A stretch of 64,000 nt of DNA, from contig CAWEMM010000007.1 in assembly GCA_963810095.1 (NCBI GenBank), forward strand, positions 256,001 through 320,000. Reading direction: 5' to 3'. Shown here piece after piece: positions 52,400 through 61,433 of the stretch. Numbering within the stretch: position 1 is the stretch's first letter; the number at the start of each line of letters is the position of its first letter. This stretch comes from an uncultured Chloroflexia bacterium. GTDB taxonomy: Bacteria; Chloroflexota; Anaerolineae; CG2-30-64-16. The notes below the pieces were generated by a model. The model was not told the origin of the DNA, made no database searches, and saw only the letters and a program-made list of their open reading frames with translations. The translations under genes and the position numbers were made by a program.

Positions 52400-52577
52400 C
52401 GCGCTCTTTATGCACCTTCGCGCCTTCGCGTTCCGAATGCCGCTTCGCGCGCTTTGCGTTCGCGCCCTTCATGCACCTTCGCGCCTTCGCGTTCCGAGTG
52501 CCGCTTCGCGCCCTTCGCGTTTCGCGCCCTTCATGCACCTTCGCGCCTTCGCGTTCCGAATGCCGCTTCGCGCTTCC
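52400..52577. repeat. Tandem repeat, about 61-62 bp x3, between convergent genes
   Basis: Units start at 52400, 52461 and 52523; core TATGCACCTTCGCGCCTTCGCGTTCCGARTGCCGCTTCGCG (CATG in units 2 and 3). Confidence 0.9.
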
Positions 52578-53485
52578 TAACCTTCGCCCACCATCGCGTC
52601 TTCGCGTTCCAACTCCGCCGCCGCTTCCCGCTCGCGCGCTTCCCGTTCGGCCATCGCCAACTTGCCCCGGTACGCGCGGCGTTTCTTGTCGGGCATCCAG
52701 GTGAGCGACTCGTCGCCCGGCTCGATCTTCCGCGCAAAGATCAGAAACGCGCTGTGTGCGATCATCCGGTCCTCGGGGCGCAGGCGATTTGGCACGGGCT
52801 TCCACGCCCGTTCGTAGATCTCCTCGACGAAAATATCGCCAAACGGGCGCGCCTGCAGCCCGGCAATGAGCTCGGACGCCTGGTTCACCGTTGGCACGAG
52901 CGCGCCGAAGAAACCACTGCCCTTGAGGCAGTCCCATGCACTGTCGAGGAAAAGGTGGGGCTCGCGCAGGTCGAGGAAGACCGCGTCCACGTCGCGCTCG
53001 TGAAAGCCGCCCGCGATGTCCTCGTTGTAGAGCGTGACATAAGGCAGCAGGCCCAGCGCGTCGAGATTGTCCTTCGCCATCTCGAAGGAGTCCTGCCGGG
53101 TCTCATAGCTGTACACCCGGCCTGTCGGCATGACGGCGCGTGCCAGCACGAGCGTCAGCCCTGCGCTGCCGGTGCCCGCCTCGACGATCGTGCGTCCCGG
53201 GTACAGGCTGAGCCGGAGCGCGATCTGCGCCGCGTCCTTCGAGTAGATGATCTGGGAGGCGCGCGGCACTTCGTGGATCAGGTCGTGCGTCGAGGGTTCG
53301 AGCGCCAGGTAGCCCGCGCCGCTATGGGTGTACAGGGTGCGCCCGAGCGGCTTGCCGATGATCTCGTCGTGATGGATGTTGCCCTTGTGCGACGACCACA
53401 TATCGCCGGGCTTTAGCCGGATGAGATAGTGCTTGCGATCGGGGCTGACGAGGAGGACGAGATCGCCTGCTTGCGCTAATGACAT
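52577..53485 (-). CDS. trmI: tRNA (adenine58-N1)-methyltransferase
   Basis: SQIIYSKDA, VEAGTGSAGLT, VYSYE, DAVFLDLREP, RPEDRMIAHSAFL. Confidence 0.93.
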   Translation of the reverse strand: MSLAQAGDLVLLVSPDRKHYLIRLKPGDMWSSHKGNIHHDEIIGKPLGRTLYTHSGAGYLALEPSTHDLIHEVPRASQIIYSKDAAQIALRLSLYPGRTIVEAGTGSAGLTLVLARAVMPTGRVYSYETRQDSFEMAKDNLDALGLLPYVTLYNEDIAGGFHERDVDAVFLDLREPHLFLDSAWDCLKGSGFFGALVPTVNQASELIAGLQARPFGDIFVEEIYERAWKPVPNRLRPEDRMIAHSAFLIFARKIEPGDESLTWMPDKKRRAYRGKLAMAEREAREREAAAELEREDAMVGEG

Positions 53486-53694
53486 AAGATGATACCGCCT
53501 GCGTGAGATTCGAGTCATTATACGCGCTTTCTCCGTGATGCATCATTTTTGCCTGGCGCGCCCCGCGTGGGGTCCCGCCGCACGGTTCGTTTGCCGGCGC
53601 GTTGACTCCCACATGGAAGATCGATTCCGTTGACAGGCCCTCTTATCGCTGCTATAGTCGCGGCGTCGACGCCTCATTTTCACAAGGAGTGGCA

Positions 53695-54166
53695 ATGAAT
53701 CAGCCCTGGCTGCGCGTGGGCCTCATCGGGGCGGGCACCCTGATTGTCGTCAATTTGCTGGGCCTGGTGATCGGGTTCGGACTTCTTTCGCTTTTACTGC
53801 TGATTGCACTGGCGGGCGCGGGCGCGCTCGGCGGCGTCCTTTATCGCACCCCCACGGACTGTGGGCCGCGGCGCGGGTCAGGGCGCGCTCGCGGGTCTTA
53901 TGTCGGGGCTGGCCGGCGGCATCACCTACTCGGTCATGTTCGGCGCCGGCATTTCGGCAGCGGGGGGTGTCCAGCAGTTGGTCGATCAGCTGCCGGCCCA
54001 GCTGCTCGACCAATACCGCCAGATGGGCGTCGATCCCGCGACCGTGCTCAGCAGCGGCGTCCTCACCATTTTCCTGGTGCTCTGCTGCCTGCCGACCTTT
54101 GTGGGACTGGGTGCGCTTCTCGGTGCGCTGGGCGGCGCCATGTTCGCCGGGGTCAAGCCCGAATAG
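53695..54166 (+). CDS. Small membrane protein. Frameshift near 53845.
   Basis: AAGGAG then ATG 53695; Gly-rich TM helices; CCLP...GALLGALGG. Confidence 0.6.
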
Positions 54167-54243
54167 CCGCCCGCGAGGTCACAGAGCGCGCCGAGGGCCT
54201 GCAAGACCGGCTAGCGCTCTGATTTGTCCCTGGCAAGAGTCGT

Positions 54244-55439
54244 ATGGCATCTCGTTCGATCATTCATATTGATCTCGATGCGTTCTTCGTCGCAGTAGAG
54301 CGCCTCGACGACCCGCGCCTGGCCGGCGTGCCGGTGATCGTCGGAGGGCGGGCCGAGGTGCGCGGGGTGGTGGCCTCTGCCTCCTACGAGGCGCGCAAGT
54401 TCGGCGTGCATTCGGCCATGCCCACGGCAATGGCGCTGCGTCTGTGTCCTCAGGCGATCCTCATCTCCGGTCACCGCGGGCGCTACTCCGAGATGTCCGA
54501 CAAGGTCATGGCCATCCTTGCGGAATACACGCCTCTTCTGGAGCCCATCTCCATCGACGAGGCCTTTCTCGACGTCACGGGTACGGAGGCCCACTATGGC
54601 CCGGCCGAGCGCCTTGCACGCGCCTTGCAGGACCGCATCGAGCGCGAGCTGCGGCTGTCTGCCTCCCTGGGCGTCGCGAGCAATAAGCTCATCGCCAAGA
54701 TCGCGAGCGACTTTCGCAAGCCGCATGGGATCACGGTCGTGCCGCCCGGCGAGGAAGCGGCCTTCTTGGCGCCGATGGCAATTCGCAAGCTGTGGGGCGT
54801 CGGCGAGGTGATGGGGCGTGAGCTGGCGCGGCTGGGAATCGAGACGATCGGAGACCTTGCCCGATGGCCGCAAGAGGAGCTGGTCGGCCGCTTCGGCGTC
54901 GCCTCAGGCGAAGGACTCTACCGCGCCAGCCACGGGATCGACGACAGCCCGGTTACGCCCGAGCACGAGGCGAAATCGCTCAGCCGCGAAGAGACGTTCG
55001 CCCGAGACATCCGCGATGGGCAGGTGCTGCGGCGCGAGCTCCTGCGGCTGAGCGACGAGGTGGCCTGGCGCCTGCGCAGGCACGGGCTGACTGCCCGCAC
55101 CGTGAACCTCAAGCTCCGCTATGGCGACTTCTCCACGCTCACCCGGCAGGTGACGCTCCCCGATGCGACGGACAGTGGCCCGGTCCTCTATAGCCACGCG
55201 CTCGCCCTGTTCGAGAAGGCCTGGGACCGCCGCCCGCTACGCCTCGTCGGCGTGGAGGGACGAACCTCGAGCAGGGCGGCCGGCAGCTGCGCCTGTTCGA
55301 GCAGGAAGACCGCCGCCAGGCACAGCTCGACGCGGCCCTTGACCGGATCAAAGCCAAGTACGGCGAATCCGCCATCCGCCGGGCCTCACTCATGGATGAG
55401 CCGGACGAGCCCTGGGTATCACGATCCCGGGAAGACTGA
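54244..55439 (+). CDS. dinB: DNA polymerase IV (Y family). Frameshift near 55257.
   Basis: IIHIDLDAFFVAVE, RGVVASASYEARKFGVHSAMP, SIDEAFLD, NKLIAKIAS..KPHG, KSLSREETF. The shifted frame gives clamp motif QLRLF and IKAKYGE..IRRA, with stop at 55437-55439. Confidence 0.95.
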
Positions 55440-55486
55440 GCATCTTTCTGGACAGTGCTCCGGCCGGCCTTCGAGCCTGCCAGCAC

Positions 55487-55657
55487 GGGGCACGGTCAGA
55501 GACCGGCCCCAGCTGAGTACAAGCACTTTTATTCTGTCGGGTCGCATCCTTCGACTGCGGCACGCCAGCTGCGCTGGCCCCTCCGCTCGGGATGCTTCAA
55601 GCGCTGGCACCCTGAGCGGATGAGCGTCCCGAAGGGACGCACGCAGTCGAAGGGTGC
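55487..55657. repeat. Composite palindromic element (REP-like)
   Basis: GAGACCGGCCCCAGC copy plus nested inverted repeats 55544-55559/55642-55657 (15/16) and 55582-55595/55607-55620, and hairpin GCGTCCCGAAGGGACGC. Confidence 0.7.
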
Positions 55658-55712
55658 CGAGCGTCATCGTGCAACAGATTCACTGTGGTTACCAGCCCTC
55701 TCGCCGGGGCCG

Positions 55713-56162
55713 TCACTGGATCGAGTACCAGAGCGCCTTCAGATGCCCCTCGACATCGTGCTCTTCCAGCCACTGGTGTGCGCCCATGCGGTACCCATGC
55801 TCGTTGACCCACTTGTCCAGCCGCTGCCACGCCTCCGGGATGTCGATCCAGGGGTCGGTGAGCACGCGGGCAGGCATGCTGGCGTAGCGTCCGCCCGTCA
55901 ATTCTTCGATCGTGATCCCTTCTGCGGCCCGCGCCTCTGGCCCCACGGTCACGTTGAACTCGTAGCCGTGATTAGGCGTGCCCTCGGCGGGGTCCGGGTT
56001 GTTGTATCCGAAGATACGGGCGCCGGACGTGAACGCATGCGCCTGGGCCGCCCACTGTGCTAAGTTCCGCCACGCCACTTCCTCGGGGTTTTCTCCATAG
56101 GCCCATGCCCGCGCCACCCGCATGGCGGGCAAGGTGATGATTTCTACTCGTGCATCTTCCAT
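55713..56162 (-). CDS. GyrI-like small-molecule-binding protein
   Basis: VEIITLPAMRVA, RIFGYNNPDP...HGYE, GGRYA, IPEAWQRL..WV, QWLEE. Confidence 0.8.
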   Translation of the reverse strand: MEDARVEIITLPAMRVARAWAYGENPEEVAWRNLAQWAAQAHAFTSGARIFGYNNPDPAEGTPNHGYEFNVTVGPEARAAEGITIEELTGGRYASMPARVLTDPWIDIPEAWQRLDKWVNEHGYRMGAHQWLEEHDVEGHLKALWYSIQ

Positions 56163-56226
56163 TTTGTTCTCCCTTGCGATCGATTGCCGGACCTATCTCT
56201 GATTCCTCCTCACTATACGCGTGATT

Positions 56227-56245
56227 CCTGACACCCTGTGTCAGG
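56227..56245. promoter_or_regulatory. Candidate WYL-regulator operator CCTGACA-N5-TGTCAGG
   Basis: Perfect 7-bp inverted repeat centred between the divergent gyrI-like and WYL genes. Confidence 0.7.
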
Positions 56246-56305
56246 TTCGGGCGTATACTGGATGACGAAGCGCGGACGAATCGCCGGGGAATGTTGGGAG
56301 GCGGG

Positions 56306-57286
56306 ATGCGGGCGGATCGGGTGCTGTCACTGCTGATGCTGCTTCAGTCGCGTGGGCGCTTGAGCGCGCACCGGCTCGCGGAGGAGTTGGAGGTTTCCGA
56401 GCGGACCATTTATCGCGACGTCGACGCGCTGAGTGCCGCCGGGGTCCCGATCTATGCGGAGCGCGGGCCCGACGGCGGCTTTGCGCTGCTCGACAGCTAC
56501 CGGACCGACCTGACGGGCTTAACCGACGGGGAAATGCGCGCCATGTTCCTGCTCACCATCCCCAGTGCGCTGGCGGATCTTGGCTTGCAGCAGGATTCGG
56601 CCCGCGCGCTCCGCAAGCTGCTGGCCGCCGTGCCGCTCGGCCGCCGGGGCGACGAGGCGCGAGTCCGCCGGTGCTTCTACGTCGATCCGGAGCCGTGGGA
56701 GGTGGGCGGAGGGGGCAACTTGCACCTGCGGGCACTGCAAGACGCGGTCTGGCGTGATCGCTGCGTGGAAATAGCCTATGCGCTGCCGTCGGGGGCTTCC
56801 GTCGAGCAGCGCGTGATGCCGCTCGGGCTCGTCGCCAAGGCGGGCTCGTGGTACGTGCTGCACCGGTCGGAAGGACGAACACAGGCGCTGCGGGTGGGCG
56901 ACTTGGTGGCGGTGCGACCCACCGGCGATATCTTCGAGCGGCCCGACGACTTCGACCTGGTGCACGAGTGGGAGGCGTGGTGCCAGGGCGCGAAGGCCAG
57001 GCAGTCCTACACGATGGAACTCCGGGTCTCGCCCCAGCTGGCGCGGCGCCTGCCACGCTACGGGATCGAGGCTGCTGCTTGCCTGGAGCACGAAGCCGGC
57101 CACGACGGCCGCGTCACCGTCCGGGCCGCGTGCGAGTCTTTCGAGGCTGCCCGGGCCAGGGTGCTGGCACTGGGTGGCTCGGTCGAGGTCGTCGCACCGC
57201 CGGCCCTGCGGCGGAGCGTGGTCGACTACGCGGAGCAGATCGCCCGGCGCTACCAGGAGGCGCCGGATCGCCAGAACGCCTGCTAA
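56306..57286 (+). CDS. HTH-WYL-WCX transcriptional regulator (YafY/PafB/DriD-like)
   Basis: MRADRVLSLLMLLQ...LAEELEVSERTIYRDVDAL..AGVPIYAERG..GG; PLGLVAKAGSWY; VEVVAPPALR. Confidence 0.93.
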   Translation: MRADRVLSLLMLLQSRGRLSAHRLAEELEVSERTIYRDVDALSAAGVPIYAERGPDGGFALLDSYRTDLTGLTDGEMRAMFLLTIPSALADLGLQQDSARALRKLLAAVPLGRRGDEARVRRCFYVDPEPWEVGGGGNLHLRALQDAVWRDRCVEIAYALPSGASVEQRVMPLGLVAKAGSWYVLHRSEGRTQALRVGDLVAVRPTGDIFERPDDFDLVHEWEAWCQGAKARQSYTMELRVSPQLARRLPRYGIEAAACLEHEAGHDGRVTVRAACESFEAARARVLALGGSVEVVAPPALRRSVVDYAEQIARRYQEAPDRQNAC

Positions 57287-57289
57287 AGG

Positions 57290-57425
57290 GCCCAGCGCCG
57301 CGTCGAGGTCCTCCGCTCGAGTGAACCGCACGACGGTGTTGAGAAGGTCGGGGAGGCTGGCGAGGCGGAGTCGCAGCGCGCGCAGCTTGCCGCCGGTGCG
57401 GTTCGTCGCGCCCCTGCCGACCGCT
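57290..57425 (-). pseudogene. Orphan diverged copy of the 3' end of the 59020..60330 gene
   Basis: Reads AVGRGATNRTGGKLRALRLRLASLPDLLNTVVRFTRAEDLDAAL, versus AVGSGATDPIGGKLRALRLRLASLPDFLDTVSRFTRAEDLDAAL in the intact gene. 57347-57394 is identical to 59083-59130. Confidence 0.88.
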
Positions 57426-57542
57426 TATACTGCAGGCGCGCCCGATCGAATCGCTCCGATGACGCCACGGGCTGTGGCAGACAAAGGTTCGTTCGTCCGA
57501 TCAGGCGAGAACGGGCGCGCTCAGGGATCCGAGCAGCAGTGG

Positions 57543-58794
57543 CTAGTACTCCTGGCGCAGTGGCCCGCCCCGCGGCGTCGCTCGCGGGTTCTCGATACGC
57601 GCCTAGGTCCGGGTTCGAGCCTGGAGGGTCGGGGCGCCGGCTCCCCTGAACGTCTATCTTGGGCGCGCCATCGGCCTTTCCTGCGCCGATCGCAGGACTT
57701 CTGTCGCCCAGCCTGTAGTCGCCCAAGGCCGCGCTTACAAATCGCGGCGGCGCGACAAGGTTGCCCTCTTGCCAGTAGACCGGCCCCAGGTCGTTGGTCA
57801 CAATGCCTGCTTCACCACCCTGGACATCGGAATGGTCCACCGTGATCGCCTCGCCGAACCAATCGGGATCGAAGTAGACCTGTTCCGGCCGGTTGCCCCA
57901 GACAATCGAGTTGACGAGTGTGGGTCCGCTCATGTAGGAGATGTTCAGGCCTCCGCCGTGCCCCGTCGTCCGGTTGCCGGCGATGGTGACGTTGACGAAT
58001 GTCGGGCTGCAGCCGTCGAAACCTAGCCCGCCGCCTTTGCCGCCGCCGAAGTTATCCGCGATCAGCGCATTCCGGACCGTGCCGTCGGCATGATAGAAGA
58101 ACATGCCCGAGCCGCCCGATGCACCCGCGTTGCCCACCACGACCAGGTTCTCGGCGTCGATGCTGCCGTAAGAATAGCGCATCCCACCCCCATCGGCACC
58201 CGCTCGATTGTAGGCCACGAAAACATCGCGGACCACCGGCGCGCAGTGAGCGAAGAAGAGCCCGCCGCCCTCGCCCGCCGCCTCGTTGCCGATCACGCGC
58301 AGGTGGGCGAGCCTCGGGCTCCCCGATTCCCAACAGAGGATGCCGCCGCCACGCTCGTCGGCCGGGCTTGCTCCCGTTGCATAGCCGTTGGTTATCGTGA
58401 AGCCGATCAACTGAGGTGCGATCTCGCCGCTTGCGAACGTCACGACATGGCCACGTCGGCCACCATCAATGACAGTCTCAGAAATGTAGTATTCGTCGCC
58501 CGTGCTGAGGAAGCGCGAGGCAACGGTGAGGTCCTTGCCCTTGAAGTCAACGTTTTCGCCATAGACGCCCGGCTGTACGAGCACCGCATCGCCGGCTCGC
58601 GCTGCGTCGATCGCATGTTGGATTGTGGCGTACGGGTTCGCCCTCGAACCGTCGCCGGTCGTGTCGGAGCCGGTCGTCGCGACATGCCACGTGGTTGCCG
58701 CGGCTGATGCATCGCGCAATTCTGGAAACCCAGCAGCGAGCAGAAATGCGACGAGGATTACCAAGCCACATCTGCGGAACAAGGTGCCGTCCAT
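57543..58794 (-). CDS. Secreted right-handed parallel beta-helix protein (DUF1565-type N-terminus); C-terminus damaged
   Basis: GGAGG RBS; signal peptide; WHVATTGSD..GDGS..NPYATIQHAI..GDAVLVQPGVY.EN; GGG repeats; NSIVWGN; DYRL...SPAIGAG; PDLGAY. A shifted frame ends ...QEY*PLLL. Confidence 0.8.
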
Positions 58795-59019
58795 CGATGC
58801 CTCCCCTGTCTGCGCGCAGGCGATCACACATGCAGTCACATTGAATCACGTTAGTATGACATGAACATGAAGATCGCCGCGCGGGTTGTGAAGAGGATTA
58901 CATACTGCTGTGGCGCGATGACGCGCCGGCCTGCGAGGTCGACGACGGCACAGGGCTCGCTCCGGCGTCAATGTGTTCGCCGCCGGTGTCATGGCTCCGC
59001 GTTCGTTGCCGGCCCCGCG

Positions 59020-60330
59020 CTATGAGTTGAGCGCCGCGTCCAGGTCCTCTGCCCGAGTGAAGCGTGAAACAGTGTCGAGAAAGTCGGGGAGGCTGGCGAG
59101 GCGGAGTCGCAGCGCGCGCAGCTTGCCGCCAATCGGATCGGTTGCGCCTGAGCCCACCGCATAAGAGCCGTGGAACGCGAAGTAGGCCTGGTTCAGCTTG
59201 CGGATGACGTAGCCCCGCTTGATCAGTTCCTCCCGTCGAGACTCCATGTACGACTCGGCCTCCGCGATTTTGCCCTCTGCCAACAGCTTATCGGCCTGCA
59301 GCCGAGTCTCACGCATGAACGCGCCGTACTCGAACTCGGGCTTCACCGGCTCGGTACTCGCCCAGTCCGGCCTTGCCGTGAGCGGCGTGGGCCAAGGGGA
59401 TGGCGGGACCAGCTCGGGGTAGAACCGTTCGAGCACCATCTGGCTCACCTCGCCGCCCACCATCGAGGCAACCGTCTCGTTGATCGTCCGCATGGCCGGG
59501 CTGCTGTCATAGTTCCAACCCAGCGGCCGCAGCGCCAGGTACGTGTGCGTCCACTCGTGCGCCACCGTGTCCACCACCCAACTCAGCACGGGGTACTGGA
59601 GCACCATGGTGGGGTACGAGGAGAAGCCGCCGGTGCCTTCGACAATTGTGCTCTCGTCCAGCCCTGCCGCCACCGAGTTTTCGATCTTCTCGATATCGCT
59701 TAGCGGCATGGCCGGGTCCAGATATTCTCCGCGGTCGACCTTGATCTGATCTCGGGGCGAGAGGATCAGGTAGTTCGGGCTTTCGGTGAATTGGAAGCTG
59801 ACGGGGGGGAACACCTGGCCGAAGGTGGTGAAGCCGAGCTCGTCGAGCACACTCGCCACTTGCTTTTCGATGATCCGCTCGACCGCGGGCCGGTTTTGCT
59901 CCTGGCGCACGCGCAGGGCCTGCAACTGAGCCTCGAGACCGGCCTTCTTCTGCACCAGGTCGCCCTCGCCCATGCCGGCCGCGGCCGCCTCGACCTGGTT
60001 CGCCAGGTCGGAAACCTCGCCCACGCCCTTCATGTAGTCCACCACCAGGTCGTGTTCCTGCTGCGGCGTGAGGCCCGCGCCCGGCTTCTGCACGACGTCG
60101 CGCAGCTTTTGGCCGATGGCCTGCGCTTCCCACGCGGCCAGGTTGAACTGGCGGCCTCTCACGGCCCGGTTAATGACGAGGTCTTGTCGCGCCGCGCCCA
60201 GGTAGCCCTCGCTCGGCACAAGGAGGACCAGGATCAAGAGCAGGAGCGCGAGCCACGCGCGGCGGCGGACGGTTCCCGCCACGGAAACCCGGCGTACCGG
60301 CAGCCTTCTCGTCCCGACAGTCGTTCCCAT
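59020..60330 (-). CDS. Conserved membrane-anchored protein with HExxH motif (putative zinc metallopeptidase)
   Basis: N-terminal TM; VAHEWTH followed by downstream INETVA (zincin-like third ligand); IRKLNQAYFAFHGSY. Confidence 0.7.
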   Translation of the reverse strand: MGTTVGTRRLPVRRVSVAGTVRRRAWLALLLLILVLLVPSEGYLGAARQDLVINRAVRGRQFNLAAWEAQAIGQKLRDVVQKPGAGLTPQQEHDLVVDYMKGVGEVSDLANQVEAAAAGMGEGDLVQKKAGLEAQLQALRVRQEQNRPAVERIIEKQVASVLDELGFTTFGQVFPPVSFQFTESPNYLILSPRDQIKVDRGEYLDPAMPLSDIEKIENSVAAGLDESTIVEGTGGFSSYPTMVLQYPVLSWVVDTVAHEWTHTYLALRPLGWNYDSSPAMRTINETVASMVGGEVSQMVLERFYPELVPPSPWPTPLTARPDWASTEPVKPEFEYGAFMRETRLQADKLLAEGKIAEAESYMESRREELIKRGYVIRKLNQAYFAFHGSYAVGSGATDPIGGKLRALRLRLASLPDFLDTVSRFTRAEDLDAALNS

Positions 60331-60435
60331 AGACACGCCATTATAGACACCCCCTGGGTCAACGACAAGCGACGGGCGGCACGGACAAGCCGTTGCCTAC
60401 CGGGCGAGGGGTTCGGCCGTGCTATAATGGCCGGC

Positions 60436-61284
60436 ATGACGACCTTCAAGCTCAAGCCGGCAGGCTCCGCGTCTTTTGACGAGCGCGCAGCTTGCATGAA
60501 CGCTGCCTATGCGGACTATTTCGTGCCGCTCCACGTCAGCGGAGAGCAGCTTGCGACCATGGACGTGATCTACGACGTGGATGCGGATGACTCGGTCGTG
60601 GCCGAGTCGCACGGGCGCCTGGTGGGCATGGCGCTGCTGTCGCGCCGCGGCGACCGGGGCTGGATCAGCGCGGTGGGCACCGTGCCCGAAGCGCGCCGGC
60701 AGGGCGTGGCCCGCCAGATGATGCACGGGCTGCTTGCCAACGCGCGACGGTTGGGGTTGAGCGAGGTAACTTTGGAGGTCATCAGCGAGAACGAAAAGGC
60801 GCATATCCTCTACCGCGATCTCGGCTTTCACGACGTTCGGGAGCTTCTCATCTGGCGCCTCGCGGCCGACGCCGATCCCTTACCCATCCCCCAGGAACTG
60901 CTCACCGAGGTGACACCCGAGTCTGTCGTGGTCCACTTCGGAGAGTGGCACAAGGAGCCGCCCAGCTGGCAGCGCGAGTTGGCTACGCTCCGCAAGCTCA
61001 CGGGCCACGCCCGGGCCTACCGGCTGGACCTGGAAGGCCGTGAGGCTGCCTACGCTGTCGTTGCCGAGCGCATCGATAGCATCGGGCTGCTCGACGTGGG
61101 GATCAACCCCGAGTTCGGCGCGGTGCGGGCGGGCCGGCCGCTGCTGCAGGCGCTCTCGCGGCTCTTCCCCAACCGGGCCATGTCGATCCTCAACGTCCCG
61201 GCCGACGACACCCTCTGCCGGGCCCTCGCGGCGCTCCGCTTCAACGTCACTCTGCGGCAGTGGGAGATGGTCATCCGCCCTTAG
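60436..61284 (+). CDS. GNAT family N-acetyltransferase (tandem GNAT-like)
   Basis: GTVPEARRQGVARQMM, LEVISENEKA..LYRDLGF. Confidence 0.88.
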   Translation: MTTFKLKPAGSASFDERAACMNAAYADYFVPLHVSGEQLATMDVIYDVDADDSVVAESHGRLVGMALLSRRGDRGWISAVGTVPEARRQGVARQMMHGLLANARRLGLSEVTLEVISENEKAHILYRDLGFHDVRELLIWRLAADADPLPIPQELLTEVTPESVVVHFGEWHKEPPSWQRELATLRKLTGHARAYRLDLEGREAAYAVVAERIDSIGLLDVGINPEFGAVRAGRPLLQALSRLFPNRAMSILNVPADDTLCRALAALRFNVTLRQWEMVIRP

Positions 61285-61433
61285 CCCGCCCCCCTTGCGG
61301 ACTTCTCAATCCAGAATGTGTATTCGCTTACGAGTAATCCAGTAAAGTAGTGGTAGACGATTGTGTTGACCTTGTGAACCGGCTGTAATGTCTCCACTTC
61401 GTGCCAACTTGCCGGTGATCGCCGGAGGAGGCT

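Noticed and set aside
52400-52577. Possible CRISPR array
   Set aside because: The inter-repeat segments are short and similar to each other rather than unique spacers, there are only three units, and no cas genes are present.
57290-59165. DGR template/variable repeat pair
   Set aside because: Mismatches are not adenine-specific and are often synonymous third-position changes; no reverse transcriptase lies in the window.
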